Shown here: piece after piece, positions 9,751 to 19,208 of the stretch
Position numbering within the stretch: the stretch's first letter is position 1
How the letters are laid out: every line of letters begins with the position of its first letter
Source of the DNA: Polyangiaceae bacterium
Lineage (GTDB): Bacteria; Myxococcota_A; Polyangia; Polyangiales; Polyangiaceae
Length of the DNA: 41,974 bases
Direction: 5' to 3'
NCBI GenBank assembly: GCA_050287085.1
Contig: JBNKBE010000022.1
Span: 58,738-100,711 of the forward strand
Notes under the pieces: model-generated
Databases searched by the model: none
What the model saw: the letters and a program-made list of their open reading frames with translations, nothing else
What the model was told of the DNA's origin: nothing
Program-made: the position numbers and the translations under genes

Positions 9751-9919
9751 ACAGTTGGGTAATGGGCCCGTCACACCCGCTTTCCTCTGCCGTTGCTCCC
9801 TTCCGGGCCTGGCGGGGTTCAAGGCGCGCTGTCGACGGGCCCACAACTGAGGTGGCTACCAAAGCGCGGCAGCAACGCCTTGGCAATCAAATTCTGACTT
9901 GATCGTCGGACCGGGGAGC

Positions 9920-10408
9920 CTATCGCTGCTCGGCAAGCCACTGCACAAGGGCTTGAAGCCGGGGTTTCAAGTCGGAAAGGGGAGGCTCCCCCAGCTCCGC
10001 GTCGATGCTGCGCTCAAGGGCTATCAGGTGCCGCAGCCCAAACGCCATCTGCTCACGTCCGCGAGCTGTAAAGGTCACCAACTTGGCCCGGCCATCTGCC
10101 GGATCCGCCCTCCGCTCAACAACCCCGGCGCGCTCCAGGTCGTCGATCAAGGGGTGGATTGCCTGCTTCGTCACACCCGCCCGTCGCGCAATAGTGCTCT
10201 GCCGGGTGCCCTCCCAGTCAATATGGGCGAATAGGGCCAGGTGAGCCGGGCCAAGCGCCCTGGCTTCGGGGGGCCGCCTCAGGGCGCGCAGCGCGTGCTC
10301 GTTGGCCAGGCGGGCCGCCTTGAAGAGCCAGTGCAACGTACTTTGGAGCTTGAGCTGGTCAAGGTCAGCAGCGGAAGGACCGGGACCAGGATCGGGGGCA
10401 CAGGACAT
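9920..10408 (-). CDS. MarR-family transcriptional regulator
   Basis: wHTH pattern IARRAGVTKQAIHPLIDDLERAGVVERRADPADGRAKLVTFTARG. Confidence 0.9.
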   Translation of the reverse strand: MSCAPDPGPGPSAADLDQLKLQSTLHWLFKAARLANEHALRALRRPPEARALGPAHLALFAHIDWEGTRQSTIARRAGVTKQAIHPLIDDLERAGVVERRADPADGRAKLVTFTARGREQMAFGLRHLIALERSIDAELGEPPLSDLKPRLQALVQWLAEQR

Positions 10409-10410
10409 AA

Positions 10411-10462
10411 TAGTAAATGCTACTTGACTACTTCTTAGACAATAGTCAATCTAACCTTACTA
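10411..10462. promoter_or_regulatory. Two inverted copies of the imperfect palindrome TAGTCA-N8-TTACTA; putative MarR operators in an AT-rich divergent promoter
   Basis: TAGTAAatgctactTGACTA at 10411-10430 and TAGTCAatctaaccTTACTA at 10443-10462, between divergent marR and DUF4336 genes. Confidence 0.7.
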
Positions 10463-10469
10463 TTATCCA

Positions 10470-11165
10470 ATGAGGTACGATATGAATACTTTCGTCGAGG
10501 TCGCTCCCAGCCTATGGCGCTCCCCGTTGGACTTCAAAGTCATGCCGGGGTTCTACCTAACCACCCACATGACGATAATCCGTTCGTCCACCGGGGCCTT
10601 GTGCTTGCACTCGCCCGCCAAGCTCAGTGCAAGCCAAGAGGCTCAGTTGCAAGAGCTAGGGGAAGTCACCCACATCGTCGCCCCCAATCTCTTCCACTAC
10701 GCCGCTTTCAACTGGGCCAGGCAGCGCTATCCCAAAGCCCAAGCGCTGGCGCCAAAGCAGCTGCACTCCAAGGTGCCAGCGATCGCGGGCTACACGCCAC
10801 TGGAACAAGCCGACACGGCCCTTCTACCCGACAGCCTGGCGCTCCCCGTGGGGGGCATACCCAGCTTGAACGAGTGGGTCTTCCTCCATAGCCCTTCGCG
10901 CACGCTGATCCTCACGGACCTACTCTTCAACGTACAGGAGCGTCACGGACTGCTAACGCCGCTGATTCTATGGCTTGGGGGCACTAGTCGGGGGGTAGCC
11001 TTCAGTCGCTTGCTTCAGCGCAGCGTCAAGGACGCGGAGTTGTTCCGAAACTCCCTGCAGCGCATCCTAACGCTCGACTTTGATCGAGTGCTGATGGCCC
11101 ACGGCGCCGTGATCGAAAGCGGGGGCAAAGCTGCACTTCGCGCCGCCCTCGGCGATTGGCTCTGA
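10470..11165 (+). CDS. DUF4336-family protein (metallo-beta-lactamase-like fold)
   Basis: THMTIIR...G.L.LHSP, HIVAPNLFH, EWVFLHSPSRTLILTDLLFN, DFDRVLMAHG. Confidence 0.8.
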   Translation: MRYDMNTFVEVAPSLWRSPLDFKVMPGFYLTTHMTIIRSSTGALCLHSPAKLSASQEAQLQELGEVTHIVAPNLFHYAAFNWARQRYPKAQALAPKQLHSKVPAIAGYTPLEQADTALLPDSLALPVGGIPSLNEWVFLHSPSRTLILTDLLFNVQERHGLLTPLILWLGGTSRGVAFSRLLQRSVKDAELFRNSLQRILTLDFDRVLMAHGAVIESGGKAALRAALGDWL

Positions 11166-11199
11166 GTGCCGTTCCCTATCGCTGGATTGGGGCTCGCCC

Positions 11200-12051
11200 C
11201 TAGCCCCCGAGCAACGTCCACAAGACGAAGAACCCCTTCGTCAGCAGGAAGTCGAAGATCAGAATCGAAATCGAACTGACCACCACGGTGTGGGTGGTGG
11301 CGCGCCCAACGCCGGCCGTTCCGCCGCGGGTCTTAAGCCCGAAGTAGCAACCGACCAGCGCAATAATGGCGCCAAAGACCGGAGTCTTAACCAGTCCCGC
11401 GAGGTAGTCCATCATCACAACGGACTGCAACGCCGAGCTCAAGAATTCAGCCGCCGGAATGTTGAATTGGAGATCGGTTACGACCATCGCACCGGTGAAC
11501 CCCAGTACGAGAGCAAAACTGCCCAAGAGCGGCATCGCCAAGACCGAAACCACCAAGCGCGGCATGACCAGTTTCTTGATCGGGTCGGCCCCAAGAGCTT
11601 GGATCGCGTCGATTTGCTCCGTTACCGACATGGCTCCCAGCTCCGCCGTCATGCCAGCACCAATGCGGCCTCCAACGATGACCGCGGTGAAGGTGGGCGC
11701 AAGCTCCCGAGCGAAGCTGATGGCAACCACACGAGACGTGTATTCCATGCCGCCGAACTTCTGCAGACCGAAGGCGAATTGCGTGCTCATCACCATGCCG
11801 ATGAACAAGCTGGTGACCGTGACGATACCGAGCGAAGCAACCCCGAGGGCCTCGAACTGCCGCAGGATCTCGCGGAATTCGAAGGGACGACGAAACAGGG
11901 CGCGCACCGCGCTCGCCAACATCATGTTGACTTCACCAAATTGTTCGACGAACGACACGACCGACAGCGCAACCCGCCGCTGTAGCGGGACGGACACATC
12001 CGCTTTGGGCAGTTGCACCGACGGCGGAGGAAGGTAGCTTGGACTCGGCAT
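11200..12051 (-). CDS. mlaE: MlaE-family ABC transporter permease
   Basis: RELAPTFTAVIVGGRIGAGMTAELGAMSVTEQIDAIQALGADPIKKLVMPR and GGTAGVGRATT are MlaE signatures. Confidence 0.9.
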   Translation of the reverse strand: MPSPSYLPPPSVQLPKADVSVPLQRRVALSVVSFVEQFGEVNMMLASAVRALFRRPFEFREILRQFEALGVASLGIVTVTSLFIGMVMSTQFAFGLQKFGGMEYTSRVVAISFARELAPTFTAVIVGGRIGAGMTAELGAMSVTEQIDAIQALGADPIKKLVMPRLVVSVLAMPLLGSFALVLGFTGAMVVTDLQFNIPAAEFLSSALQSVVMMDYLAGLVKTPVFGAIIALVGCYFGLKTRGGTAGVGRATTHTVVVSSISILIFDFLLTKGFFVLWTLLGG

Positions 12052-12096
12052 GGCTAGGCGACGACTGGATGTTTAGCTGAAACTCGCAACCCCGGT

Positions 12097-12606
12097 CTAT
12101 CCGGCCAATGCGTGAAACCCGGCGACGAAGGTATCAAACTCGCCGCCCCGTGGTCTTTCGTCGGCGATGTAGTAGAAGTCGTACACGCAACCGTCTTTCT
12201 TCAACACCACAAAGACCAGGTACTTGGAAACACCATCGAGACTGGCGATCATCTCGGTGCGCAGCGCCGCGCGACCATCGAGGGAGAAGCTGTCTTCCGA
12301 CACCCAGCGTCGGTTTGTGAAACCCAGGTGCAGATGTTGGGTAAGCGCCTGCAGTGGCACGTCGTCACCATCTCGGCCGCAACGCCCTGCCGCTCCAACG
12401 GTGGCCCTATGCTGCGGATCGCGAAAGGCCAGCGATGCCAAGTCGCCGCTGTCCGTCTCAAGCCGCTGCCAGTGGTCTGGCACCGGGCCCACTCGAAAGG
12501 CGATACCCCCTTGTCGAAATACGCCTCCGCGTAGCGTGGGTCCGCCACAAGCTTGGGTCGTACCAAGAACCAAAAGAAGCACTAAGGTGCGCAAGGGTAA
12601 AGACAT
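12097..12606 (-). CDS. Hypothetical lipoprotein
   Basis: Hydrophobic signal with lipobox-like TQAC. PsbP/DcrB-like tail LDGRAALRT...VVLKKDGCVYDF. Start estimated at 12606. Confidence 0.65.
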   Translation of the reverse strand: MSLPLRTLVLLLVLGTTQACGGPTLRGGVFRQGGIAFRVGPVPDHWQRLETDSGDLASLAFRDPQHRATVGAAGRCGRDGDDVPLQALTQHLHLGFTNRRWVSEDSFSLDGRAALRTEMIASLDGVSKYLVFVVLKKDGCVYDFYYIADERPRGGEFDTFVAGFHALAG

Positions 12607-12695
12607 TGCGTCGAAGTGCCACCATAGTGGGAAGCCGCTGGGGCGCAACGCCCGCGAACCCTACCGGCCCGCGGTTCCATAGGGGCCCGATCGTC

Positions 12696-13409
12696 ATGCT
12701 GCTCTTCCCTCTCCGCGACGACAACCCAACGCGATCGACTCCGTGGCTGACCTACACGCTGCTGGCCGTAAACGTGGTGGTGTTTCTCGCGACGTTGTCC
12801 GGCGAAGCGGCAGGACAGTTCTGGCTGACGCACTGGTACGGGCTCGTCCCCTCCCGCTTGCTGCGAGATCCGGATGGTGAGCTGGTGACGGTGCTCACGA
12901 GCATGTTCATGCACGGGGGGTGGGTGCACCTCGCCAGCAATATGTGGTTTCTCTACGTGTTCGCGGACAATATCGAAGAGGGGTTGGGGCGCGCCCGGTT
13001 TTTGATCTTCTACCTCTTGTGTGGGCTCGCGGCGGCGGCCGCACAGGTGCTCATCGACATCGACAACAGCGTACCCATGGTTGGCGCCTCCGGCGCCATC
13101 GCCGGCGTCCTAGGGGGATATATGGTGCTCTACCCGCGGGCCCCGATCACTGCGCTCAACATGTTTCCACTCCTATGGTTGTTTACGGGAGTGGTCATGG
13201 TGGTGCCCGCTTGGGTCATTGCATTGATGTTCTTTCTGTCGGACGTCATGACCGCCTACAGCGTCCTGGGTGACGTCAGCAGCGCCGGAGTCGCTGTCTT
13301 CGCCCACCTCGGAGGTTTCATCGCTGGCTTCTCACTCACTCGCTGGCACCCGGATTTCTCGCAGCGCCTGCGAGGCACCACCCGAGTCCGCTGGCAAGGC
13401 CACGAGTAG
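12696..13409 (+). CDS. Rhomboid-family intramembrane serine protease
   Basis: FPLRDDNP start, TSMFMHGGWVHLASNM, catalytic GASGAIAG and AHLGG. Confidence 0.92.
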   Translation: MLLFPLRDDNPTRSTPWLTYTLLAVNVVVFLATLSGEAAGQFWLTHWYGLVPSRLLRDPDGELVTVLTSMFMHGGWVHLASNMWFLYVFADNIEEGLGRARFLIFYLLCGLAAAAAQVLIDIDNSVPMVGASGAIAGVLGGYMVLYPRAPITALNMFPLLWLFTGVVMVVPAWVIALMFFLSDVMTAYSVLGDVSSAGVAVFAHLGGFIAGFSLTRWHPDFSQRLRGTTRVRWQGHE

Positions 13410-13455
13410 TTGCGACCTCTTGCTGGCACTTCCTGAAGGAAAGACGCGCGATTCG

Positions 13456-14238
13456 CTAAGGCGATAACCCGGCGTCGGCCTCGGCTCCGCACTCGTCCAC
13501 GTTGCAGCATAGGCCCTCGACGCAAAGCTGCTCTGCCCCACATTTGACTCCGCACTGACCGCAATGGTCAGGCTCAGTCGAGACCCGGATCTCGCAGCCA
13601 TCTTCGGGGTCATCATTGCAGTCCGCGAAACCGGGCTCACATCGTCCGATACCGCAATGAGCGTCCTCGCAGCTCGGGGATGCGTGGGGCCGCGACGGAC
13701 AGACGAACCCACACTCGAAGCAATTGCTCGGATCCGTTCGTAGATCGATCTCACAGCCGTCAGCGAGGCGACCGTTGCAATCGCGAAAGCCAGGCTCACA
13801 GCGACGCAGATTGCAAACGCCGCCGGCGCACCCGGCCTCCGCATGCGGCGGGGCCTCGCATTGTGCGTCGCATCGACCGCAGTGTTTGGGATCGTGAGCG
13901 ACATCTATCTCACACCCGTCAGCGGAATCGCCGTTGCAATCGTCCGTTCCAGCATTGCAGCTGTCGACGACGCACTGCGCGGTGTCCGAGCAGAAGGCCG
14001 TCGCATTGGTCAGGTAGCAGGGGCTGCACGTCGGGCTGCCGCAGCCGTAGGTCGGATCCAGAAGCGACACACACGCTTCACCGCACGCCTTCTGGTCTTT
14101 GCCGCACTCTCCGTTGCTCAAACGCCGAAGCTCCTCGTCGCCGACCTTCAGCGTGCAGCCCAAGACGCCCACAGCGACGAGGCCAGCAGGCACGCCACGC
14201 GGTATCAGCGCCCAGAACCCAGCGTCGGACCGTCTCAA
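13456..14238 (-). CDS. Cys-rich repeat lipoprotein (three DCNxxxxDGCE...CGxC repeats)
   Basis: Lipobox-like VLGC. Repeats DCNGDSADGCE, DCNGRLADGCE, DCNDDPEDGCE. TTG start at 14238 overlaps the upstream stop (TTGA). Confidence 0.75.
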   Translation of the reverse strand: MRRSDAGFWALIPRGVPAGLVAVGVLGCTLKVGDEELRRLSNGECGKDQKACGEACVSLLDPTYGCGSPTCSPCYLTNATAFCSDTAQCVVDSCNAGTDDCNGDSADGCEIDVAHDPKHCGRCDAQCEAPPHAEAGCAGGVCNLRRCEPGFRDCNGRLADGCEIDLRTDPSNCFECGFVCPSRPHASPSCEDAHCGIGRCEPGFADCNDDPEDGCEIRVSTEPDHCGQCGVKCGAEQLCVEGLCCNVDECGAEADAGLSP

Positions 14239-15338
14239 AACATCCCCCGCAGGCCGAGCCCCACGCCATCGTGGCGCATTCCAGCGGTGACGCGAACAGC
14301 GTCCCCCAGCTCGAAGACATCGCGATTCCAATACACGACCCCGGCCGCGACCAACGCCAGCGCGGAAGTGCCGATGGCAGCGTCCGCAACCCAGCGCCCA
14401 ACGCGAATGCTTTCGACCCTGCGCGAAGAACAAAACGGCCGGCAATCAGCCACGGCATCACCGTATTCGCGTTGCACTCGCATCGCATAATACGCCCCAA
14501 TGCCGCCGCTGACGGCCCCAAGCCCGGCCAAGACGTAACTCAACGTCGGCGCAGCGACGTCAGCCTCGGCACCGGTGTGGAGAGCCTGCTTCGACAACGA
14601 CGGCACTGCGGCGAGGGGAGCCTTGGGAGCAGACGCGGGCCCTGTGGGCCGCAGGTCGACCTCAACGATGCGCTCTTGTTCTCCCTCCCGAGCCAAGAGT
14701 TGCACCTCTTGCGCCGGAAACCCGGGATGCTCGATCCGCAGTACGTGGCGCCCCGGGTCCAAGCTGTGAGCGTGCCCGTGCAAACCGTGAAGCCACGGCC
14801 GTCCGTCAAGGGCGACCCGAACGTCCACTTCGTCCCCCCGCTGGGAGCGCACGGAAACGATGATGGACGGCGTTGCACGACGAAGCTGGTCCAGCCAAGC
14901 GGAGCAATCTGCGCGGACCAACGCCGGACAAGCCGCGCGCGAGCAGCCCAACGCCTCGTCCGCAGCCGCTAGCAACGCCCCGAGCTGATGCAACTCCTGT
15001 AGGCGCACGTGCTGGGCGAGGCATTGCCCCGCCGGTGCGTCCGCGACCGGCGCCGCCGCAGCCGGTCGATCTCCGGAGCTCCCGCCCGTCGCGGGCTGGG
15101 CCTGCAATGAAACGACCGGAACGGGAAACTTGCCCCCCGGAACCTCAGCAGCAACACGCCCCTGCCAACTGGCCGCACCCAGGCAACCCCACAAGAGCCC
15201 CCAAACCGGCGCGCGGCGGCGGGCACCGAAGAGCACGGCCGCTTCGCCCGGACGAATCGCCCCCCAACCCCCAGGGGCAACCGCTTGGGGGGCTTCGCTA
15301 GAAGCAGTTCGGATCGAACCTCTTGATGCCACGTTCAT
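14235..15338 (-). CDS. Secreted PEGA-like / helical-domain protein with hydrophobic C-terminus (start uncertain)
   Basis: Cys-containing helical region (CSRAACPALVRADC..WL), PEGA-like VRVALDGRP...LDPGRHVLRIEHPG, C-terminal GVGLGLRGMF. Confidence 0.65.
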   Translation of the reverse strand: MNVASRGSIRTASSEAPQAVAPGGWGAIRPGEAAVLFGARRRAPVWGLLWGCLGAASWQGRVAAEVPGGKFPVPVVSLQAQPATGGSSGDRPAAAAPVADAPAGQCLAQHVRLQELHQLGALLAAADEALGCSRAACPALVRADCSAWLDQLRRATPSIIVSVRSQRGDEVDVRVALDGRPWLHGLHGHAHSLDPGRHVLRIEHPGFPAQEVQLLAREGEQERIVEVDLRPTGPASAPKAPLAAVPSLSKQALHTGAEADVAAPTLSYVLAGLGAVSGGIGAYYAMRVQREYGDAVADCRPFCSSRRVESIRVGRWVADAAIGTSALALVAAGVVYWNRDVFELGDAVRVTAGMRHDGVGLGLRGMF

Positions 15339-17025
15339 CAACATAATACGGAGTGACGCATCTGAGATCGCCACTCGGCGCGCGCCCGCGCGGAACCGAT
15401 TCGGCGGCGGGAACAGAACGCCTGTCCAGTGACTTCGAGCTCCCGCCCGGCCGCACCTCGGCGCCGGAGCCTGCGAGGCGTTCAGCACCGGCCGCAGCTG
15501 CCCCGGAGTGCGCAGTGCGCGGATCTCCCTCGGGGTATGTGCCCCGAGCCCCCGCGCTCAGCGCCGGAGCGGAGCTGGCCGCGGGCAGCGTCGTCCCTGG
15601 AATCCCTGGAATGGGACGCCCGGCGCGCGCTCCGGCGGCGCCTCGGAGTTCGGGCGCCGCCAGGTCCGCCCCTGAGGACCCCGCAGTCGCGGCACCAGAG
15701 GTGCGCACCCCCTGGTGGGGGAAGGAGTCGAGCTCTGCGCCCAGCGGGGCCCCGGGCCCCGGCACGTCAGTGGGAAGTTCCAACTCCGCACCGGAGTCCT
15801 GAGCTGCGGCCCCCGCCGAAGTTGCGCCCCCAGACCGCTGCGTCATGGCAAATCCGAACAGAGTGCCAAGCCCCAGTGCGCCCCCGAGGGCGATGGGCAG
15901 CGCCCACGAAGCTCCGCTCCAGCGTCCGCCAGATCGTGGCAGGTACCAGCGCGGCCCCGCAGCATGTGCAGCGGCTTCCTCCGCCGTTGGGGCCTCAGAC
16001 GTCGAGCTCATGCGGAGTATTGCGCGCTCCGGATCGCCCAAGGAGACATGGCCGAGCTCGACCTGAATGATGCAGCGCGTGCGTTCACGCTCCGCGGCAA
16101 AACACGAACTCATCAAGGCGCATAGGTCGCGCCGAGTAGGACGCGTGGGACATGCTTCGAGAGCTTCGAGCAGCGCCAGCTGAAGAGCTTCGGCCGTCTG
16201 ATAGCGCTCGCACGGCCGCCCCGCCAACGCTCTGAGACAAATAGCCTCCAGCGCCGGCGAAACATCCTGGTTCACCGCGCTCGGCCGGGGAATGTCGCCG
16301 GCCAAGATGCGGTTCATGATCGTGGCGTCCGGCAGCGAATCCCACAGTCGCGCGCCCGTCAACGCCTCCCACAAGATCACACCAGCAGCAAATACATCCG
16401 TCCTCCGGTCCAGCGCTGCCCCGGTGATCTGCTCGGGTGGCATGTAGCGCAGCTTGCCTTTGACAACTCCCGCCTGGGTGTTGATGAGCGAATCGTTGAG
16501 CTTGGCAATGCCAAAGTCGAGCAGCTTCACATGCCCGTCGAAAGTGAGAAACACGTTCTGCGGGGTCATATCCCGATGAACGACGCGGAGCGGACGACCG
16601 TCATAGTCCGTAAGCTCGTGGGCATGGTGAAGCGCTCCCAGAGCATCCGCCAAGATCAGTACCTGCATCTCCGGGTTGAGCCGAAATTGGGCGCGCGCGC
16701 GTGTGGCCGCGAGCGAGCGACCGTCCAGATACTCCATGACGATGACCGGAAGGCCATCACACGCCGCAACCTCGAGTACTTGCACGGCGTTCGGGTGGTT
16801 GAGACGGGCGCACAGCCTGGCCTCGTGGACAAACATCTCCCGCACCTGATCGTCGGAGACCAGCGCCGCCTTGATGCGCTTGAGGACGACAAGCTTGTTC
16901 AGCCCCCCCGGGCCTTCCGCAACCGCCAGATCCACGTCGGCCGTGCCACCTTGACCCAGCGGCATCAGCACCCGGTACTTGCCAGCCACAAGTTCGACTG
17001 AAGATCTGTCCACCACACCGGCCAT
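15298..17025 (-). CDS. Membrane-anchored Hanks-type Ser/Thr protein kinase
   Basis: LGQGGTADV, VVLKR, HRDMTPQN, DFG, GKLRYMPPEQ, DVFAAG; TM helix; low-complexity tail ending CVTPYYVDERGIKRFDPNCF. Start estimated at 17025. Confidence 0.92.
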   Translation of the reverse strand: MAGVVDRSSVELVAGKYRVLMPLGQGGTADVDLAVAEGPGGLNKLVVLKRIKAALVSDDQVREMFVHEARLCARLNHPNAVQVLEVAACDGLPVIVMEYLDGRSLAATRARAQFRLNPEMQVLILADALGALHHAHELTDYDGRPLRVVHRDMTPQNVFLTFDGHVKLLDFGIAKLNDSLINTQAGVVKGKLRYMPPEQITGAALDRRTDVFAAGVILWEALTGARLWDSLPDATIMNRILAGDIPRPSAVNQDVSPALEAICLRALAGRPCERYQTAEALQLALLEALEACPTRPTRRDLCALMSSCFAAERERTRCIIQVELGHVSLGDPERAILRMSSTSEAPTAEEAAAHAAGPRWYLPRSGGRWSGASWALPIALGGALGLGTLFGFAMTQRSGGATSAGAAAQDSGAELELPTDVPGPGAPLGAELDSFPHQGVRTSGAATAGSSGADLAAPELRGAAGARAGRPIPGIPGTTLPAASSAPALSAGARGTYPEGDPRTAHSGAAAAGAERLAGSGAEVRPGGSSKSLDRRSVPAAESVPRGRAPSGDLRCVTPYYVDERGIKRFDPNCF

Positions 17026-17234
17026 CGCTACGTTCACGTCAAGTTCGCGGTGCAGGGTGGCCCGCGACGCCACATTGTACCGTGCGCCAAAGACAAATGC
17101 GTGACAGATTCTTCGCGCCGGGCCGCCCAGGTCGCGGCGTTCAGGGCCTTCGCGTCCGGTTCGGTACTCGCACCGCTCCGCAACGGGTTCGGTGCGTTTT
17201 GGTGCTGCGCGTACCTGTGCTACCTTGTCGCATT

Positions 17235-18614
17235 GTGTCGCCCCCCAACAGAACACGCTGGCAACGCGGCGTCAGAATCGCGAGCCAAACGCTGCTCGCC
17301 GGTTGTTCAGCCGTGGAGAGCCCCGAAGGCATCGACAATCTCGAGATCGTCAATTGGTGGGCGGGGCCAGGCGAGAAGGAAGCAATGGCTGCTCTGGTGC
17401 AGCTGCACGAGCGCAAGCATCCAGAGACAAAAGTCAGCAATATTCGCGTGGCCAGCGCAACCGAAGCGCGCGAGGCCCTCGCCCGCCGGCTGACGTCCAA
17501 TCGTTCGCCAGACTCATTTCAAAGCAATATCGGCGCCGATCTGGGACATTGGGTGCTGCTCAACCAGCGAGACACCGAGGAAAGCCGCCTTGAATCCCTG
17601 ACTCCGCTCGCAGCGCGACACGGCTGGGATCAAGTATTTGCGCCTCAATTGCTATCCCAGGCCAGCTATGACGGACACCTCTACGGCCTACCCTTGAGCA
17701 TTCATCGAGAGAACACCTTGTTCTACAACCGCGAGCTCTTCGCAGAGGTGGGGCTGACGCCACCGCACAGTTGGGAGGAGCTCAGGACGGCGTGCGAAGT
17801 TTTTGCGAAGGACGACTCGCCCGCCATCGGGCTGAGCTTGGGCGCAGAAATTCCGTGGCCGCTGGGGCTCTTGTTCTTCGAGAACCTGCTGCTCGGCGTG
17901 ACCGACAAGGATTACTACCAACGCTACCTGACGGGCGAGCGCCCCGGAAGTGAACGTCCGCGGGCCTCGGGTGGCCCGGATCAGGAAATGGACGCTCCGA
18001 TCATCGAAGCGCTCGAGCGCTTCGAGGCCCTACTGGCCTGCGCCAACGACGATTTCCGTGCGACAAGTTGGTCGGAGAGCGTACGCCGTGTAGCGGCCGG
18101 CGAGGCCGCGATGACCGTCATGGGTGACTGGGCGCGAGGCCTCGTACGGACAGAGTTCGGAGACACCGATAGCTTCCAGGTCTTGCCCTTTCCCGGCACG
18201 AGCGACTACTTCGTCTACACGGCGGACACATTCAATCTGCCCAAAGGCGCACGCCACCCAGCCGCCGCCGAGGCCTGGTTGCAAACCATTGCATCCCCAG
18301 AAGGACAGCGCACGTTCAACCGCATCAAGGGCTCAATTCCGACGCGAAATGACGCGAAGCCCTCCGATTACGATCAAGCCACGCGCGAAGTCATGCACGA
18401 TTTCTCGGAGGCGGTCGCGAATGATAAGCTGGTGCTGGCCGTTTCCGGTTTCGCTCCAGGCGCCTTTGTGGACCCCATAAATGTCGCCCTGGCCGAGTTT
18501 GCCAGCGATGCCAAAGACCACAACCGCCATGCCAGTGCCGACAAGAGCATCGTGACCTTCGCCTTGCACAACTACTACGACGTTCTGATCGACACTGCCG
18601 CCCTCTCGCAATAG
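17235..18614 (+). CDS. Sugar ABC-transporter substrate-binding lipoprotein (glucose/mannose-type SBP)
   Basis: Lipobox LAGC. NWWAGPGE, PDSFQ, YGLPLSIHRENTLFYN, MGDWARG, FNRIKGSIP. GTG start estimated. Confidence 0.8.
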   Translation: MSPPNRTRWQRGVRIASQTLLAGCSAVESPEGIDNLEIVNWWAGPGEKEAMAALVQLHERKHPETKVSNIRVASATEAREALARRLTSNRSPDSFQSNIGADLGHWVLLNQRDTEESRLESLTPLAARHGWDQVFAPQLLSQASYDGHLYGLPLSIHRENTLFYNRELFAEVGLTPPHSWEELRTACEVFAKDDSPAIGLSLGAEIPWPLGLLFFENLLLGVTDKDYYQRYLTGERPGSERPRASGGPDQEMDAPIIEALERFEALLACANDDFRATSWSESVRRVAAGEAAMTVMGDWARGLVRTEFGDTDSFQVLPFPGTSDYFVYTADTFNLPKGARHPAAAEAWLQTIASPEGQRTFNRIKGSIPTRNDAKPSDYDQATREVMHDFSEAVANDKLVLAVSGFAPGAFVDPINVALAEFASDAKDHNRHASADKSIVTFALHNYYDVLIDTAALSQ

Positions 18615-18691
18615 CCCGGATTCGGCACCCTCGGACGCGCAGGCCCGAAAAGCCGCCGGCGGCGGCGCTGGCAACTTGACTTCCCAATAAC

Positions 18692-18710
18692 TGTTACTAT
18701 ATCGGTCACA
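18692..18710. promoter_or_regulatory. Putative Rrf2 operator 1 (TGTTAC-N7-GTCACA)
   Basis: TGTTACtatatcgGTCACA ends 2 nt before the rrf2 ATG. TTGACT (-35-like) at 18676-18681. The same motif recurs at 19174. Confidence 0.75.
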
Positions 18711-18712
18711 CA

Positions 18713-19135
18713 ATGAACACCCGCTTCGCGGTCGCCGTTCACATCCTTACCTTGCTCGCCGCTGAGCAGAGCAAACCCCTGTCCTCGGAGTGGATCGCGA
18801 GCAGCGTCAACACACACCCTGCGCTCATCCGCCGCCTCCTCTCGCAGCTCTCGAAAGCGGGCCTCACGCGATCGCTCCTTGGAGCCGGCGGAGGCGCTCT
18901 CCTGGCTGCGCCGCCGGAGTCGATCACACTCGACGCCGTCTACCTCATCACCACGAGCCACTCAGAGGTGATCCCACTCCACGCGGCCCCCAATCCCCGG
19001 TGCCCCGTGGGCAAACACATTCAGGCTGTCCTGCAGCAGCGAACCGCTCGCGCGGAACAGGCCATGTTGACGGACTTGCGCCGCACCACGATTGCAGACC
19101 TCGCGCAGGCGATCGAAGCCCGCACGAGCGCCTAG
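18713..19135 (+). CDS. Rrf2-family transcriptional regulator (YwnA/SifR-like, single conserved Cys)
   Basis: MNTRFAVAVHILTLL, SEWIASSVNTHPALIRRLLSQL..AGL, GGGALLA.PPESITL, PNPRCPVG. Confidence 0.9.
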   Translation: MNTRFAVAVHILTLLAAEQSKPLSSEWIASSVNTHPALIRRLLSQLSKAGLTRSLLGAGGGALLAAPPESITLDAVYLITTSHSEVIPLHAAPNPRCPVGKHIQAVLQQRTARAEQAMLTDLRRTTIADLAQAIEARTSA

Positions 19136-19173
19136 GTTCATGCCCACGCAAGTGGGCTTCTCGTCCCCACAAT

Positions 19174-19192
19174 TGTTACCAACTCAGTCACA
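19174..19192. promoter_or_regulatory. Putative Rrf2 operator 2 (TGTTAC-N7-GTCACA)
   Basis: TGTTACcaactcaGTCACA lies directly before the RBS (AAAAGGAG) of the oxidoreductase gene. Confidence 0.75.
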
Positions 19193-19208
19193 TAAAAGGA
19201 GTTTTCCC

